From: the human T2T-CHM13v2.0 reference genome, Homo sapiens
DNA length: 64,000 bases
NCBI RefSeq assembly: GCF_009914755.1
Contig: NC_060928.1
Strand: one strand, 5' to 3'
The notes below the pieces were generated by a model. The model was not told where the DNA came from and did not search any database. It saw only the letters and a program-made list of their open reading frames with translations. The position numbers and the translations under genes are program-made. Below, in pieces: positions 1-13,139 of the stretch. Positions within the stretch are counted from its first letter, which is position 1. The number at the start of each line of letters is the position of its first letter.

Positions 1-2150
1 TTGAAAACCGGCACAAGACAAGGATGCTCTCTCACACCACTCCTATTCAAAATAATATTGGAAGTTCGGCCAGGGCAATCAGGTAAGAGCAAGAAAAAAA
101 AGGGTATTCAAATAAGAAGAGAGGAAGTCAAGTTATCTGTTTGCAGATGACATTATTGCATATTTAGAAAACCCCACTGTCTCAGCCTAAAAAAATCCTT
201 AAGCTGATAAGCAACTTCAGCAAGGTCTCATGATACAAAATCAATGTGCAAAATCATGAGCGTTCCTATACACCAATAACAGACAAACAGAGAGCCAAAT
301 CACAAGCAAACTCCCATTCACAATTGCTACAAAGATAATAAAATACCTAGGAATACAACTTACAAGGGATATGAAGGAACTCTTCAAGAAGAACTACAAA
401 CCACTACTCAAGGAAATGAGAGAGGACACAAACAAATGGAAAAACATTCCATGCTCATGAATAGGAAGAATCAATATTGTGAAAATGGCCATACTGCCCA
501 AAGTTATTTATAGATTCAATGCTATCCCCATCAAGCTACTACTGACTTTCTTCACAGAATTAGAAAAAACTACTTTAAATTTTATATGGAACCCAAAAGC
601 CTGTATAGCCAAGATAACCCTAAACACAAAGAACATAAGCTGGAGGTGTCACGTTACCTGATTTCAAACTATACTACAAGGCTACAGTAACCAAAACAGC
701 ATAGTACTGGTACCAAAACAGATATATAGACCAATGGAACAGAACAGAGGCCTCAGAAATAACACCACACATCTACAACTATCTGATCTTAGACAAACCT
801 GACAAAAACAAGCAATGGGGAAAGGATTCCCTATTTAATAAATGGTGCTGGGATAACTGGCTAGCCATACGTCGAAGACAGAAATTGGACCCCTGCCTTA
901 CACCTTATACAAAAATTAACTCAAAATGGATTAAAGACTTAAGTGTAAGACCTAAAACCATAAAAACCCTAGAAGAAAATCTAGGCAATACCATTCAGGA
1001 CACAGGCATGGGCAAAGACTTCATGACTAAAACACCAAAAGCAATGGCAACAAAAGCTAAAATTGACAAATGGGATCCAATTAAACTAAAGAGCTTCTGC
1101 ACAGCAAAAGAAACTATCATCAGAATGAACAGGCAACCTAGAAAATGGGAGAAAATTTTTGCAATCTATCCATCTGACAAAAGTCTAATACCCATCTGAC
1201 AAAAGTCTAATACCCAGAATTTACAAGGAATTTAAACAAATTTACAAGGAAGAAAAACAAACGACCTCATCCAAAAGTGGGTGAAGGATCTGAATAGGTA
1301 CTTCTCAGAAGAAGACATTTATGCAGCCAACAAACAGATGAAAAAAAGCTCATTATCACTGGTGATTAGAGAATTGCAAATCAAAACCACAATGAGATAC
1401 CATCTTATGCAAGTCAGAATGGCAATCATTAAAAAGTCAGGAAAGAACAGATGCTGGAGAGGATGTGGAGAAATAGGAATGCTTTTACACTGTTGGAGGG
1501 AGTGTAAATTAGTTCAACCATTGTGGAGGACACTGTGGCGATTCCTCAGGGATCTAGAAATAGAAATACCATTTGACCCAGCAATCCCATTACTGGGTAT
1601 ATACTCAAAGGATTATAAATTATTCTACTATAAAGACACATGCACACGTATGTTTATTGCAGCACTATTTAAATAGCAAAGACTTGGAACCAACCCAAAT
1701 GCCCACCAATGATAGACTGGATAAAGAAAAAGTGACACATATACACCATGGAATACTATGCAGCCATAAAAAAGAATGAGTTCATGTGTTTTGCAGGGAT
1801 ATGGATGAAGCTGGAAACCATCATTCTCAGCAAACTAATGCAGGAACAGAAAACCAAACACCGCATGTTCTCACTCATAAGTGGGAGTTGAACAATGAAA
1901 ACACATAGACACAGGGAGGGGAACATCACACACCAGAGCCTGTTGGGGGGTGGGGGTCAAGGGGAGAAATAGCATTAGGACAAATACCTAATGCATGCGG
2001 GGCTTAAAACCAAGATGACAGATTCATGGGTGCAGCAAGCCACCATGGCACATGTATACCTATGTAACAAACCTTCACGTTCTGCACATGTATCCCAGAA
2101 CTTAAAATATAATAAAAATATATAAACAAATACAATAAAAAATAAAATAA
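1..2150 (+). mobile_element. L1PA (L1PA7/8-like) 3' part of ORF2, 3'UTR and A-rich tail; truncated by window start, ORF2 disrupted
   Basis: ORF2 peptides [34 protein letters not shown] and CWRGCGEIG in broken frames; G-rich 3'UTR at 1944-1966; ends ...cacatgtatcccagaacttaaaatataataaaa. Confidence 0.95.
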
Positions 2151-2606
2151 AATTCTGCCATTTTCAACAACATGGATGGAATTGGAGGACCTGGTGTTAA
2201 GTGAAATAAGCAAGACAAAGGAAGACGAATATCACATCTTCTTGCTATATATGGGAGCTAAAACTGTTGGTCTCTTAAAGGTAGAGAGTAGAGTGGTCAT
2301 TACCAGAGGTTGGGAAGTGAAGTAGGGGAGGGATGAAGAGACGCTGGTTAATGGGTACAAAAATATGGTTTGAAAGAGGCAATCAGCGCTAGTGTTTGGT
2401 AACAGAGTAGGGTACTACAGTTAATAATTTATCGTATATTTTAAATAGCTAGAAGAGAAGATTTGGAATGTTTCCAACACTAATAATAAATGTTTGAAGT
2501 AATGGGTATTCTACTTACCCTAATTTGATCATTACACATTGTATGCATGTATCAAAACATCATATGTACCACATAAATTTGTACAATTATTATTTATTGA
2601 TTAAAA
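2151..2606 (+). mobile_element. Older L1MA-type 3' end (probable host of the L1PA insertion)
   Basis: ttctgccattttcaacaacatggatggaattggagg...aagtgaaataagc and tgatcattacacattgtatgcatgtatcaaaacatc are typical L1MA 3' motifs. Confidence 0.85.
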
Positions 2607-5600
2607 ATGGGCATTAAGACAAAGGTTTACAAAAAAGAACAAAGAAAATAAGGCAGAAAAATCATCAAGGTTCAAAACATCACACAAGACAGGATTTTTC
2701 TGACCTCTGTTGAAACCATTCAAAATACCAAGTTGTTATAGTACGTTCTCCTTTGAACAAGTAATGACAAAGTAAGAAGAAGCTACAGTTCTACTTTCTC
2801 TTAGCTAGAAAACAAGTGGAGCAAAAATTGGACGTACACAAAGTTAGCCATAAGCAACATGCCATTGTCCGACCTCTGAGACAAGGAAGACATATGCACA
2901 CATCTGCACACCACCATATGCTTCCCAGATTTTTGCTAAAGAAGAACTTAATTTTTTGTGATACAGAAGACAGCCAGTTCTTTAGGATAGTTGCAGAATG
3001 AGAAGGATGTACAGAAACTAAAGTCACAATGAATTGCTGGTAGCAACTGCACATTTGAAAACTGAACATGTTTTGGAATATATATGTTATTTGAAAGCAA
3101 TTTTGTTCTTTCTCCTTCCCTGTATTTTTAATTCAGGTAATATAATCTCTTCTTGAGCTTCACAATTCTAAACCACACCGCCAAATACCATGTGGTCTTA
3201 ATAAAAATAAATCTACTTTATGCAGAAAAACAAGAGAAGACTTTTTTAACTTTTAGATTCTTTTTCAATGCATTTCTTTCTTAAATACTTATAGGTATCT
3301 AGTACTTAAAAATACATAAGAATATTATGTTAAAGATATTATATATATATATATCAAACATAAGTAGTATATAAATAAAACTTTTAGCTAGTATTTAAAG
3401 ATTCTTAAATGTTGTCTTTCTTTGAAATGTTCAAATCTAGCCCAAAGCATAGGTGCTCAGAATTTAATTGGCTGGTAAATGGAATAAAAAATAACCTCTT
3501 GCACATAGAACCAGTAAGGGCCTGAGCCTCCTCTTTCAAATCAACCAACACACAGATGTCATGATCAATATAAGCCATCAATTTCATTTCTCATGAAATA
3601 ATTCAATTTTAGATTGATAAGTATTTTTACAAATTACACAATTGGTTTCTCCAAAGAAATTGCCAAGGGACCACCCACCAAGAGGGGAAGAACAGTACTG
3701 AATCTCATGAAGCATCTTTGTCTAGACATCTGAAGATTTTCAGAGCAGCACCAGTTTTGTCTATTTAAATTCTAGGCTTTGGAGCAAGATATATTCGAAA
3801 CAGGGATATATTTTTTAAAGAAATTTAGGAAAATTATGAGACAGAAAAGAATGTATGGAGAGAAGATAAGTGATTTGCCTAAGTAAAAAATTTATGATTG
3901 ATAGAGCTAAACTATGACACTACTCAATATCATTCAGACCACCCACATGGAGCTATCTCTCTGAATTCTTTTTAATAAATTAAGAAAGAAGTCCCTTGAG
4001 TATATACAGCCTACTTTCTCCTATATATTACGTTGAACCTGATATATTTTAGCCTATGTTTAAAATAAAAGTTCAAAATTCAGGAATAGATAACCCAGTG
4101 GTTAGATTTATATAAATATCAGAAACTCTTAAAAAATAACGTGTTTTAGCAATATATACTTAAGCACCAAACTAAGAAAATAAGGTAGCAAATATCAATT
4201 AATCAATAAAGCAATCTTTATTTCTGTATACCTGTGTCCTCTATTACACTAACCTTTGTTTATCATTTTAAATGTACAACTGAAAACAGTATAGTCCGAT
4301 AAAATAACATTCTGGAACTCAAATATTCTTGTTCTTAAAATTGAAATATCTCAATTTAATAAATTTGTTCAGAGATGTGATTGTCTTTTCAAATATATTT
4401 CCTTTATTAGTTTGTTTTTCTAGCACTCTTTTCACATCTTTACAGAACGACAAAATATCATTTCTAAACCCATCCTTTAGATATATTCCACTAGGCTTTT
4501 AAAGCAATTTAGAAAAGTGCTGTAACTGCCTAAATTGAGAAGCTTAAAGTAGAAGAACTCAAAGTGATTTACAGTCTAGAATTATTTGCAAAACTTTTAG
4601 AGTAAGATCAACTTTTAGAAGGCTGATGCTCAATACATATTTTAAAGTTCTAAAGTATTTTGTCAAACTAAAAAAGTACACTGGCAAACTGGGCAGTCAG
4701 TTTACTTAAGCTTGAAAATTCCATTTCACTCAAATTGGATACAGTAGTTAAGTAAAACAATGGGGCTTCTATTTTCTGCTACATATTATTTTTTTTAAAA
4801 AAAGTATACAAGAGCTGTCACATGAGCAGCCTGTTTGCCTACTCAGTGCAAAGTTTTATGTTTCTGAAAGGCCCCCGCCCACATCTCTTAATGCTGAAAA
4901 TAAATCAGTTTCATCTGTTGGTTGTTTTATTTCTAGTGTTTTTTTTTTCTTTCTTCCTGCTTCCTTTTAGGCCAGTTTTCACAAAGCCATATGGCAGCTG
5001 AGAGAAGCAAAGCAACACGCTGTATTTTCAGTTCTTAACAAAAGGGGCTGTGGTATCACAGCAGCCCATGAATACATGAGGCATGGTCATGTATAGAAGG
5101 ACCTCCAGCCCTGTCAGTGAAGGCTGCAAGGAAGGGTGATGGAGCTGCTGCTGCTTAAACAAGAGAAATACTGAGTGCTTTCCTTGCACATATCATTGGC
5201 ATTTGCCTGCCTCCACATTTATTTCATCCCTTCCCAGACAGTTTGATGCCAAAATCCCATTAGCTATATTAATGACATATGGCTGGAGGTAGAAGTATGT
5301 GACCAGACAAGAAAAGCACAAATTGAGCATTCTTTCTATTCATTTCTGATATTTCTACTTAAAGACACAAGATTCCCAACAAAGACTGTGTCAGTCATGT
5401 TTTTAGAGCTCAGAATGCACTACAGAAAAGAGGGTGTAAAACACAATAACTTGACTTTCACCTACTACTCCAGCTTAACTCCTTTGTTCTCTAGTCAGAT
5501 AATATTAAAAATTTAAATAACAGATCATATTCTTAGCCTTTGAATCATAAATTTTGATACAGAGATGTTCACAAATTCCCAATCACACTGACTCTTCAAA

Positions 5601-6479
5601 CATTCATGCACACACACCCATGTGTGCACACACACATACACATCTATCCTTTGTATATTTAGACTAAATCTATGTTTAAATATTAAAGCTGCAAAACTTT
5701 GACTGTTATGTTTCAAACCTTTTTAGATGTATGAAACAATCACACATCATAAGATAAACTAGAAAAATTTTTGGTCATCATTTGGAATAACATATCATAA
5801 TGTATATGAAGACAATGATCAAAAAGTTTCAAAAGGAGTACATAAGTAAATATGCTTTTTCCTCTCACACCATTGCTTATTTGGAATGTTATCTTTACAT
5901 CGGCAGAGGATTAGCAAGATGGAAAAATGTAGGGTATGCACAATAAGTATCTGTCCTAACATGAAAACTGGAGTGGAAAGGAAGATATAAGGAATAGCTT
6001 TTACCCTTTAATTTTTATTCCTTTAAAATCTCTCCCTCCCCACCATGGCTAGACAAATTGGAATGTACAACTGCAACTGCTTCTAATCCTGCCCAGCCTC
6101 TGTAAATTCTTTACTCAGTAACTGGATATTAGAATTATTTTTAAAGAATTAATAAACATTTAGATATTTAGGTCATAAAAAAATGAGTGGTATGAAGGGA
6201 GGAGTTAGTGGAGAATTAATTATTTACTATTAGGGAAAATATGACAGACATGGACAGGAGCAATTTGGAAACTTAAGCAAATGATCTCAATCAAATGACT
6301 TATGGTAAATGAATCAAGGTGATATTCCACTTCAGATAGTCTTGAGTAGGTAAGTAAGTACACTGTGCCACACCAATACACAATAGTGATTATTCCATCA
6401 TCCTAAAAGAAATGTGTACACACGTAAGTAAAAATGCTATTATAGCTGAATAGAAATTAGAATGATTAACAAAATATTT

Positions 6480-7986
6480 GGGACTTCTGATAAAGACAGT
6501 ACATATTGTGGTCAATTCCTCCCATACATACTAATTATTTAAAAATACTACATCAAATCATTAGACACAACCAAAGTCAGGCAAAAAATTGAGGAAAGTT
6601 TATTCTTGAAAAAATATTATTCTATTGGGTAAGGAATGTGAATGTGTGGTGTGGCTGTTTAGTTTGAATGCATTCTCCAACTTGAGATCTAGTGAAGAAA
6701 ACTCACTGGCTTACCACCTCAAGGTGACAGATGACTAAATTTGGGAAAGGAAAAAGCCATGGAATGGCTAAATCCAAATTTTTAATATAAACTCTGCCCA
6801 AATCTCTGGCTATCCAATTACTACACAGGCCCCAGGTAGGCTTCGGGCAGCCTGAAGGTTGATGACAGACATGAGGGAAGATTCTACCCTTGAAAGATAC
6901 ACATGCCCCTGGTGAGATTTGAGAGTCTGAAGTAATTGTGACTATGTTCTCCTCTCTGGACACAGTGTGGGACGTAGAAGGCTAAAACCTACTCTGGTTT
7001 AAGGTCAGAGGGCTGAACTCTGGACTGAGCAGCTGGAAAATTAAATGGGAATTACACAAGATAGAATATTACAGAAAGGGTGAACTCCAAAATCTTAATT
7101 CTAAACAACTCCATGGCTGACCTGTAGACTGTGCAAACACAGGGAAGCCACTAAGTAGCCAGGCTAAAAAATGAGCTGCAAGAATGTAAAAAAAATAGAG
7201 CAGAGGCATCAGCTATTAAACATTGCAGGTAGACAAAGCTCACATTTTAATTTCAGTCAAGTTAATTGCTCACTAGAATAAAAAATAAACAGTACTCAGA
7301 AGAACAAAGAATCTACAAAGAATCCACAGCCAAAAATCCTATGATGTACTGTCTCAATTTTAACCAAAAACGAATAGACAGAGAAAAATATGACTCATAG
7401 TTTAAGGAGGAAAAAAGCAGCTAACAGAAACTGACTCCAAATGGGTTCAAATATTATATTTAGTGAATAACTTCAAGGAAACTATTATATATATATAGTC
7501 AATAATTACAGAAAACTGTTTTTTAAAAAATCAAAGGACAGCATGAAATTAATGAGTGAACAGACACTCTCAACAGAGAAGTGAGAACTATAAAGTGGAA
7601 AAATCCAGAGCTTAAAATTGAATAACAAAAATTTACCAGAATATTCAACATCAGATTTAATATGACAGTAGATTCAATTATCTTGAGACAAGATAAAAAT
7701 ACACAAAACCTAAAAAAAGAGAAAAAATATGAATAAAAACACCAGTTCCTCAGATGCCTGTAAAAAGTATCTGACCATTTAATATACACACATGTAATAT
7801 AGTTTCTAATATAGTATCTAATCATCTAGTATACACATCTAATATGTGTGTAACTGTAGCACTAAAGAAAAAAGAGAAAAAACTGTCAAACAATGGCTGA
7901 AATATCATAAACTTGTTGAAAAACATTAATTTACAAATTTGATCTCAATGAGGTCAAAGTAGAACAAACATAAGTCAGCCCAGCAG
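6480..7986 (+). mobile_element. Ancient L1M (L1ME-like) 5'UTR/ORF1 remnant, left part
   Basis: A-rich; aacaatggctgaaatatcataaacttgttgaaaaacattaatttacaaattt resembles the ORF1 IMAENFPNL region; left boundary approximate. Confidence 0.55.
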
Positions 7987-8491
7987 GACTTCCAGTTTCT
8001 GGTTCTGCATAAGGAGCTTGAACATCACCACTCAGTTCTAAAAACAAGCTAAAAGCTGAATAGAATGGAAAATCAACAACCCTCTTTGGAGTCACAAGAA
8101 AGGTGAGGACATGGGACAAACCACTGCCCCCAAGATTGGAGAGCCAGATGGGAACAAAGGGAGCCATGGCTTACTCATGCAGAGACTCCAGAACTGAAAC
8201 CTCTGCAGGAACCAGTGCTAGGGCAAGAAAATCTGAAAGTGTAATTAACTAATTCCTGGAGGCTCAGTGTGGACATGGATGTGAGTTAAAAACTCCAGGG
8301 TGACATAGTCATGGAGGGGCCCCATACTTTTGTGAGTCTTACCTTCAGAAACTTGACCAAGGTCTTCAATTAAATATCAGAGGAAAATATTCTCCCACTT
8401 CTGGCAGAGGCTGGGGAAACGGAGCCATAGTGAAATGTTTCAGAGCACTCTGTTCTTCTTAACAAGGCCCGTGCTCAGGAGAAACTCGTTA

Positions 8492-8820
<329 letters not shown>

Positions 8821-9456
8821 GTCAACAGCAAGCAAAAACAGATGAGCAATGTGAGCAGAGCAATGAAAATCCTGAGAGAGAATCGAAAGAAATAATAGAG
8901 GTAAAAAAACAAAAATAAAATTGTAACAGAAATGAAGACTGCCTTTGATGGGCTTATTAGTAGATTGAACACTGCTGAGGAAAGAATCCCCAAGCTTGAG
9001 GATATCTTAATAGAAATCTTTAAAACTCAAATACGAAAAGAACAAAGACTGAAAAAAAAATAGAAGAGAATATCCAAGAACTGTGGACAACTACAACAGG
9101 AGTAACATACATGTAATGGAAATTCCAGAAGGGAAAGAAAGAGACAAAAGAACAGAAAAAAATATTTGAAACAATAATGATTGAGAATTTTTCCAAATCA
9201 ATGACAAACATCAATCCACAGATCCAGCAAGCTCAGAGAACACCAAGCAGGATAAATGCCAAAACAAAACAAAAACTGCCCAGGCATATCATTTCCAAGC
9301 TACAGAAAATCGAGGGTACAATAATAATAATAATAATAATGATATCTAAAAGGAGTCAGAGGAAAAAATTGTTATCTATGAGGAACAAAGATACAAACCA
9401 TATGTAACTTGTCAGAAACCATCCAAGAAGAGGGTAGAGTGAAATATTTAAAGTGT

Positions 9457-9836
9457 TGATATGGTCTGAATGTGTCCACCAAATTTCATGTTGGAAATTG
9501 AGCATCAGTGTGATAGTATTAACAGGTGAGGCCTTTAAGAGGTGGTTAAGTCATGGGGGCCCCTGCCTTATGAATGAGTTAGGGCCTTTATAAAAGAGGT
9601 TCCAAAGCTTTTAGTTTCCTTTTGGCCTTTTGTTCTTCCACTTCTCCCTGCCATATAAGGACTCAACATCTGCTCCTTCTGCCATATGAGGATGCATGGG
9701 GAATTTCTCACCACATGTGGAATGCTAGCACCTTGATATTTGATTTCCTAGACTCCTAAACTGTAAGAAACTTCTCTTCTTTATAAATTACCCTGTCTCT
9801 GGTATTTTGTTATAACAACACAAATAGACTGAGACA
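9457..9836 (+). mobile_element. MaLR solo LTR (MST/MLT1A-like)
   Basis: TG...CA termini (tgatatggtctgaatgtgtcc...agactgagaca); 5-bp TSD AGTGT at 9452-9456 and 9837-9841. Confidence 0.9.
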
Positions 9837-10007
9837 AGTGTTGAGAGGGAAAAAACAAAACAAAAAAACCCAGGCTATAATTCTGTACCCTGAGAAATTG
9901 TCCTTCAAAACTGAAGGAGAAATAAAGCCTTGCTCAGACAGACAAAAAGTGAGGGAATTTGTTGCCAGTAAATCCGCCTCAGAAGAAATGTTAAAAGTTA
10001 TTTAGAG

Positions 10008-10318
10008 GGCCAGGCGCATGGCTCACGCCTGTAATCCCAGCACTTCGGGAGGCGGAGACAGGCGGATCACGAGGTCAAGAGATCGAGACCATCCTGGCTA
10101 ACACGGTGAAACCCCATCTCTACTAAAAATACAAAAAATTAGCTGGGCGTGGTGGCAGGTGCCTGTAGTTCCAGCTACTCAAGAGGCTGAGGCAGGAGAA
10201 TGGCGTGAACCCGGGGGGCCGTGGGGGACGGGGCTTTCAGTGAGCCTAGTTCCCGCCACTGCACTCCAGCCTGGGCGAGAGAGAGAGACTCCGTCTTAAA
10301 AAAAAAAAAAAAAAAAAA
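10008..10318 (+). mobile_element. AluY
   Basis: gagatcgagaccatcctggctaacacgg and gagaatggcgtgaacc diagnostics; A21 tail; degenerate TSD aaaagtt(a/c)tttag. Confidence 0.95.
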
Positions 10319-11079
10319 GTTCTTTAGCAAAGGGAAAAACATCAGAAACTCAGATCTACATTAAAAAAAGGAAGAGCATCCAAAAAGGAATAAGTGAAGA
10401 TAAAATAGAATTCTTTCTTTTGCTTAGTTGATCTAAGAGATAATAGTCTATTCAAAATAATAATAGCAACAATGTATTCAATTATGTATGCTGTTATTTC
10501 ATATATATGTTTATTTATACTTCTATATAAGTGAAATGAATGACAGCAATGTCGTTCATAATAAGTGAAATGAGTGAAATGAATGACAGCAATATAAGAG
10601 AAAGGAGGGAGGAATCAGGATTATCTTATTATTTTAAGGTACTCATGCTACCTGTGAAGTGGTACAGTGTTACCTGAAAGTGGTCTTAGATTAGTTGTAA
10701 ATGTCTACTGTAGACTCTAGGGCAGCCACTAAAAAAAGTAAAAAATTATATACCTAGGTGACACGCTGAGAAAGGAGAGAAAAGAAAATCATATAAAATG
10801 CCCAATTAAAACCGTAAAAGGCACGAAAGGAGTAGAAGACAAAAATAACAAAGAACAAGGATAACAAATAGAAAACTGTAATAAATATGGTAGATATTAA
10901 TCCCATTACATCAATAATCACATTGAATGTCAATGGTCTAAATATATCAATGAAAAGACAAAGGTTGTCAGAATGTATTAAAAAACAAGACACAAATCTG
11001 TTGTATACAAGAAATCCACTTTCAATATAAACACATACATAGCTTAAAAGTAAGTGAATGTAGAGAATATTACATAAAC

Positions 11080-11565
11080 TCAATTGATAAAGCAGTGGCA
11101 GAGTCTGAGATGATCGACTCCAATTTTGAAAGTTCTGTAGGTAAAATGCTATCAAACAGCATTGAATGCTACAGAGAAATCTTTCGTGGAAGGAAGGGCC
11201 AATCGTTATAGCAAACTTCATTGTTTAACAAATTGCCACAGCTACCCAACCTTCTGCAGTCAGTACCCTATTAGCAGCAGCCATCAACATCGATGCAAGG
11301 CCTTCTACTAGCAAAAAGACTATGACTCTGCAAAGGCAGAGAACTGCCTTAGAGATTGTTAGCAACAACGTATTCTTTACCTAAAGTATGTAGATTATTG
11401 TTTAGACATAATGCTATTGCACACTTAATAGACTACAGCATAGTGTAAACTTTACTTTTATGTGCACTGGGAAACCAAAAAATTCTTGTGATTTTCTTTA
11501 CTGCAATATTCACTTTATTGTGGTGGTCTAGAGCTAAACCTTGCAATATCTCTGAAGTATGCCTG
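11080..11565 (+). mobile_element. Tigger1 (TcMar-Tigger) 3' fragment
   Basis: ggtaaaatgctatcaaacagcatt...tacagagaaatctttcgtg; ends in terminal inverted repeat atatctctgaagtatgcctg followed by TA. Confidence 0.88.
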
Positions 11566-11753
11566 TACTTTAAATCATCTCTAGATTGCTTATGTCTAAT
11601 ATAGTCTAAGTGCTATATAAATAATTTTTATACTGCATTGATTTTTAAATTTGAATTATTATTACATTGTTATTTCTTCTTTTTTTCAAATATTTTTCAT
11701 CTGTGGTTGGTAGGTTGTATGTGTGGAACACATGGCTACCAAGGACCAACTGC
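11566..11753 (+). mobile_element. MER2 (Tigger-family MITE) half
   Basis: tactttaaatcatctctagatt...caaatatttttcatctgtggttgg...ggaccaactg matches the recalled MER2 end. Confidence 0.75.
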
Positions 11754-11754
11754 A

Positions 11755-11882
11755 TTGACTTTAGTTAATAATAATGTATCAATATTAAAATATTGTAATA
11801 AATGTACCATAGTAATTTAATATCTTAAGGGAAACTGGGGAGAGGAGAGTATATGTGAGCTCTCTATATTCTCTTTGCAATA
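11755..11882 (+). mobile_element. L1MC/L1MD 3' end
   Basis: gactttagttaataataatgtatcaatatt...aaatgtaccat...gggaaactgggg motif. Confidence 0.75.
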
Positions 11883-11929
11883 TATACATATATATATAAG
11901 GTGATATATATATAAAATATATATATGTC

Positions 11930-12350
11930 ACAGCATAGTCAGACTGCATAAAGCCAAATGAGAAAAGGAAATCTTGAAAACAGCAAGAGAAAACTAACAT
12001 TTTATATAATTATATTAGCAATGCAATTAATAGCTAACTTCTCAGCAGAAGCAATGAATACTTAAAAGATAATTCAAGTAATATATTACGATATGTTTTA
12101 AAAGTCAATTAAAAATGCCATATCACTGAAACTATCCTTCAAAATGAAAATATGTATTTTTAGGTAGTCCAAATCTGAAAGGAAGTGTTGATATCGTACA
12201 ACAAAAAAAGTTTAAGAATATCTACAAGATACAAAAATGACACCAGAGTGTAACTCAGATAAAAAGGAAGGAATGCAAACATTGGAAATTGTAAATATGT
12301 GAATGTATGTATAAGAAAAAAATGTTTATATACACACGTAATGGCTTAAA
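11930..12350 (+). mobile_element. Ancient L1M ORF1 remnant, right part
   Basis: atagtcagactgc...gaaatcttgaaaacagcaagagaaaa (KILKAAREK-like); acttctcagcagaagcaatg; aaactatccttcaaaatgaa. Confidence 0.65.
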
Positions 12351-12929
12351 GAGCAAATGCATTGTTACTTTAGTCTTCAAAGTTTATTATGGTTATCCCC
12401 TAATATTTATCCTAAGTACTCTATCAATATCAAAAATTATGTCACAAATATGTATTATAAATTCTTGCTAAATATTTCTAGCTTACATTATGTATTGTAG
12501 GTCCTCAGGCTAGGTTCAGAATTCCTAGTATATGGTCACATGGGCTTTCAATACGTTTTTCAGGACATAACCATGGCTGCCCATCCAGTGTCCATTTTTT
12601 TCTTTTTCCTTGCTGTTAAGGCTTTGATACTCCTGAATGTGGAATTGTACCCCATTAAAACCATGTGACTCAATTTTGGCCAAAGTGAGGTAAAAATAAT
12701 GCTGCAAATCAGGACTTTTGCAAAAGGTATTGTTTTACCAATCAGAAGAACATGCTTATGCTTGTTTCCTCTCCGTTTAAGCAGATACTATTGTGGCACT
12801 CATGTTTCTAGCATGATTCAAAATGCTTTATACTTATAAACAAATGTAATTCTTACAAATGACTCATGAGATAGTTACCATTATTAACCACTATTTAGTA
12901 ATTTTGAAATTGAAACAGAGAGATCCTGG

Positions 12930-13100
12930 TAACTTATGCAACCTTAGCCCTTTGGCTGCATCCTCCCTCCTATGTGGAATAAGATGCAATATGTGCAGAT
13001 GGAACAGCCATTATGTGAATATGAGCAGAAAATCCACATGCTTAAGACGGCAAAGCAGAAAGAGGAAACACTCTGGATTGTTACTGTTGTTCTGGTTCTC
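12930..13100 (+). mobile_element. Ancient MaLR/ERVL LTR fragment
   Basis: cagccattatgtgaatatgag...catgcttaagacggcaaagcagaaagagg resembles MLT1J/K-type LTRs. Confidence 0.4.
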
Positions 13101-13139
13101 TATACCATGGACATCACCCTGGATTTGATATTTGCTCAG

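Noticed and set aside
479-1779. ORFs with RT/C-terminal L1 homology
   Set aside because: Broken fragments of a dead L1 ORF2, not a gene
2791-3069. Cys/His-rich overlapping ORFs in unique sequence
   Set aside because: No recognisable homology or convincing splice/start context
10754-11221. 155-aa hydrophobic ORF (longest in the window)
   Set aside because: Antisense to A-rich L1/Tigger1 sequence; compositional artefact
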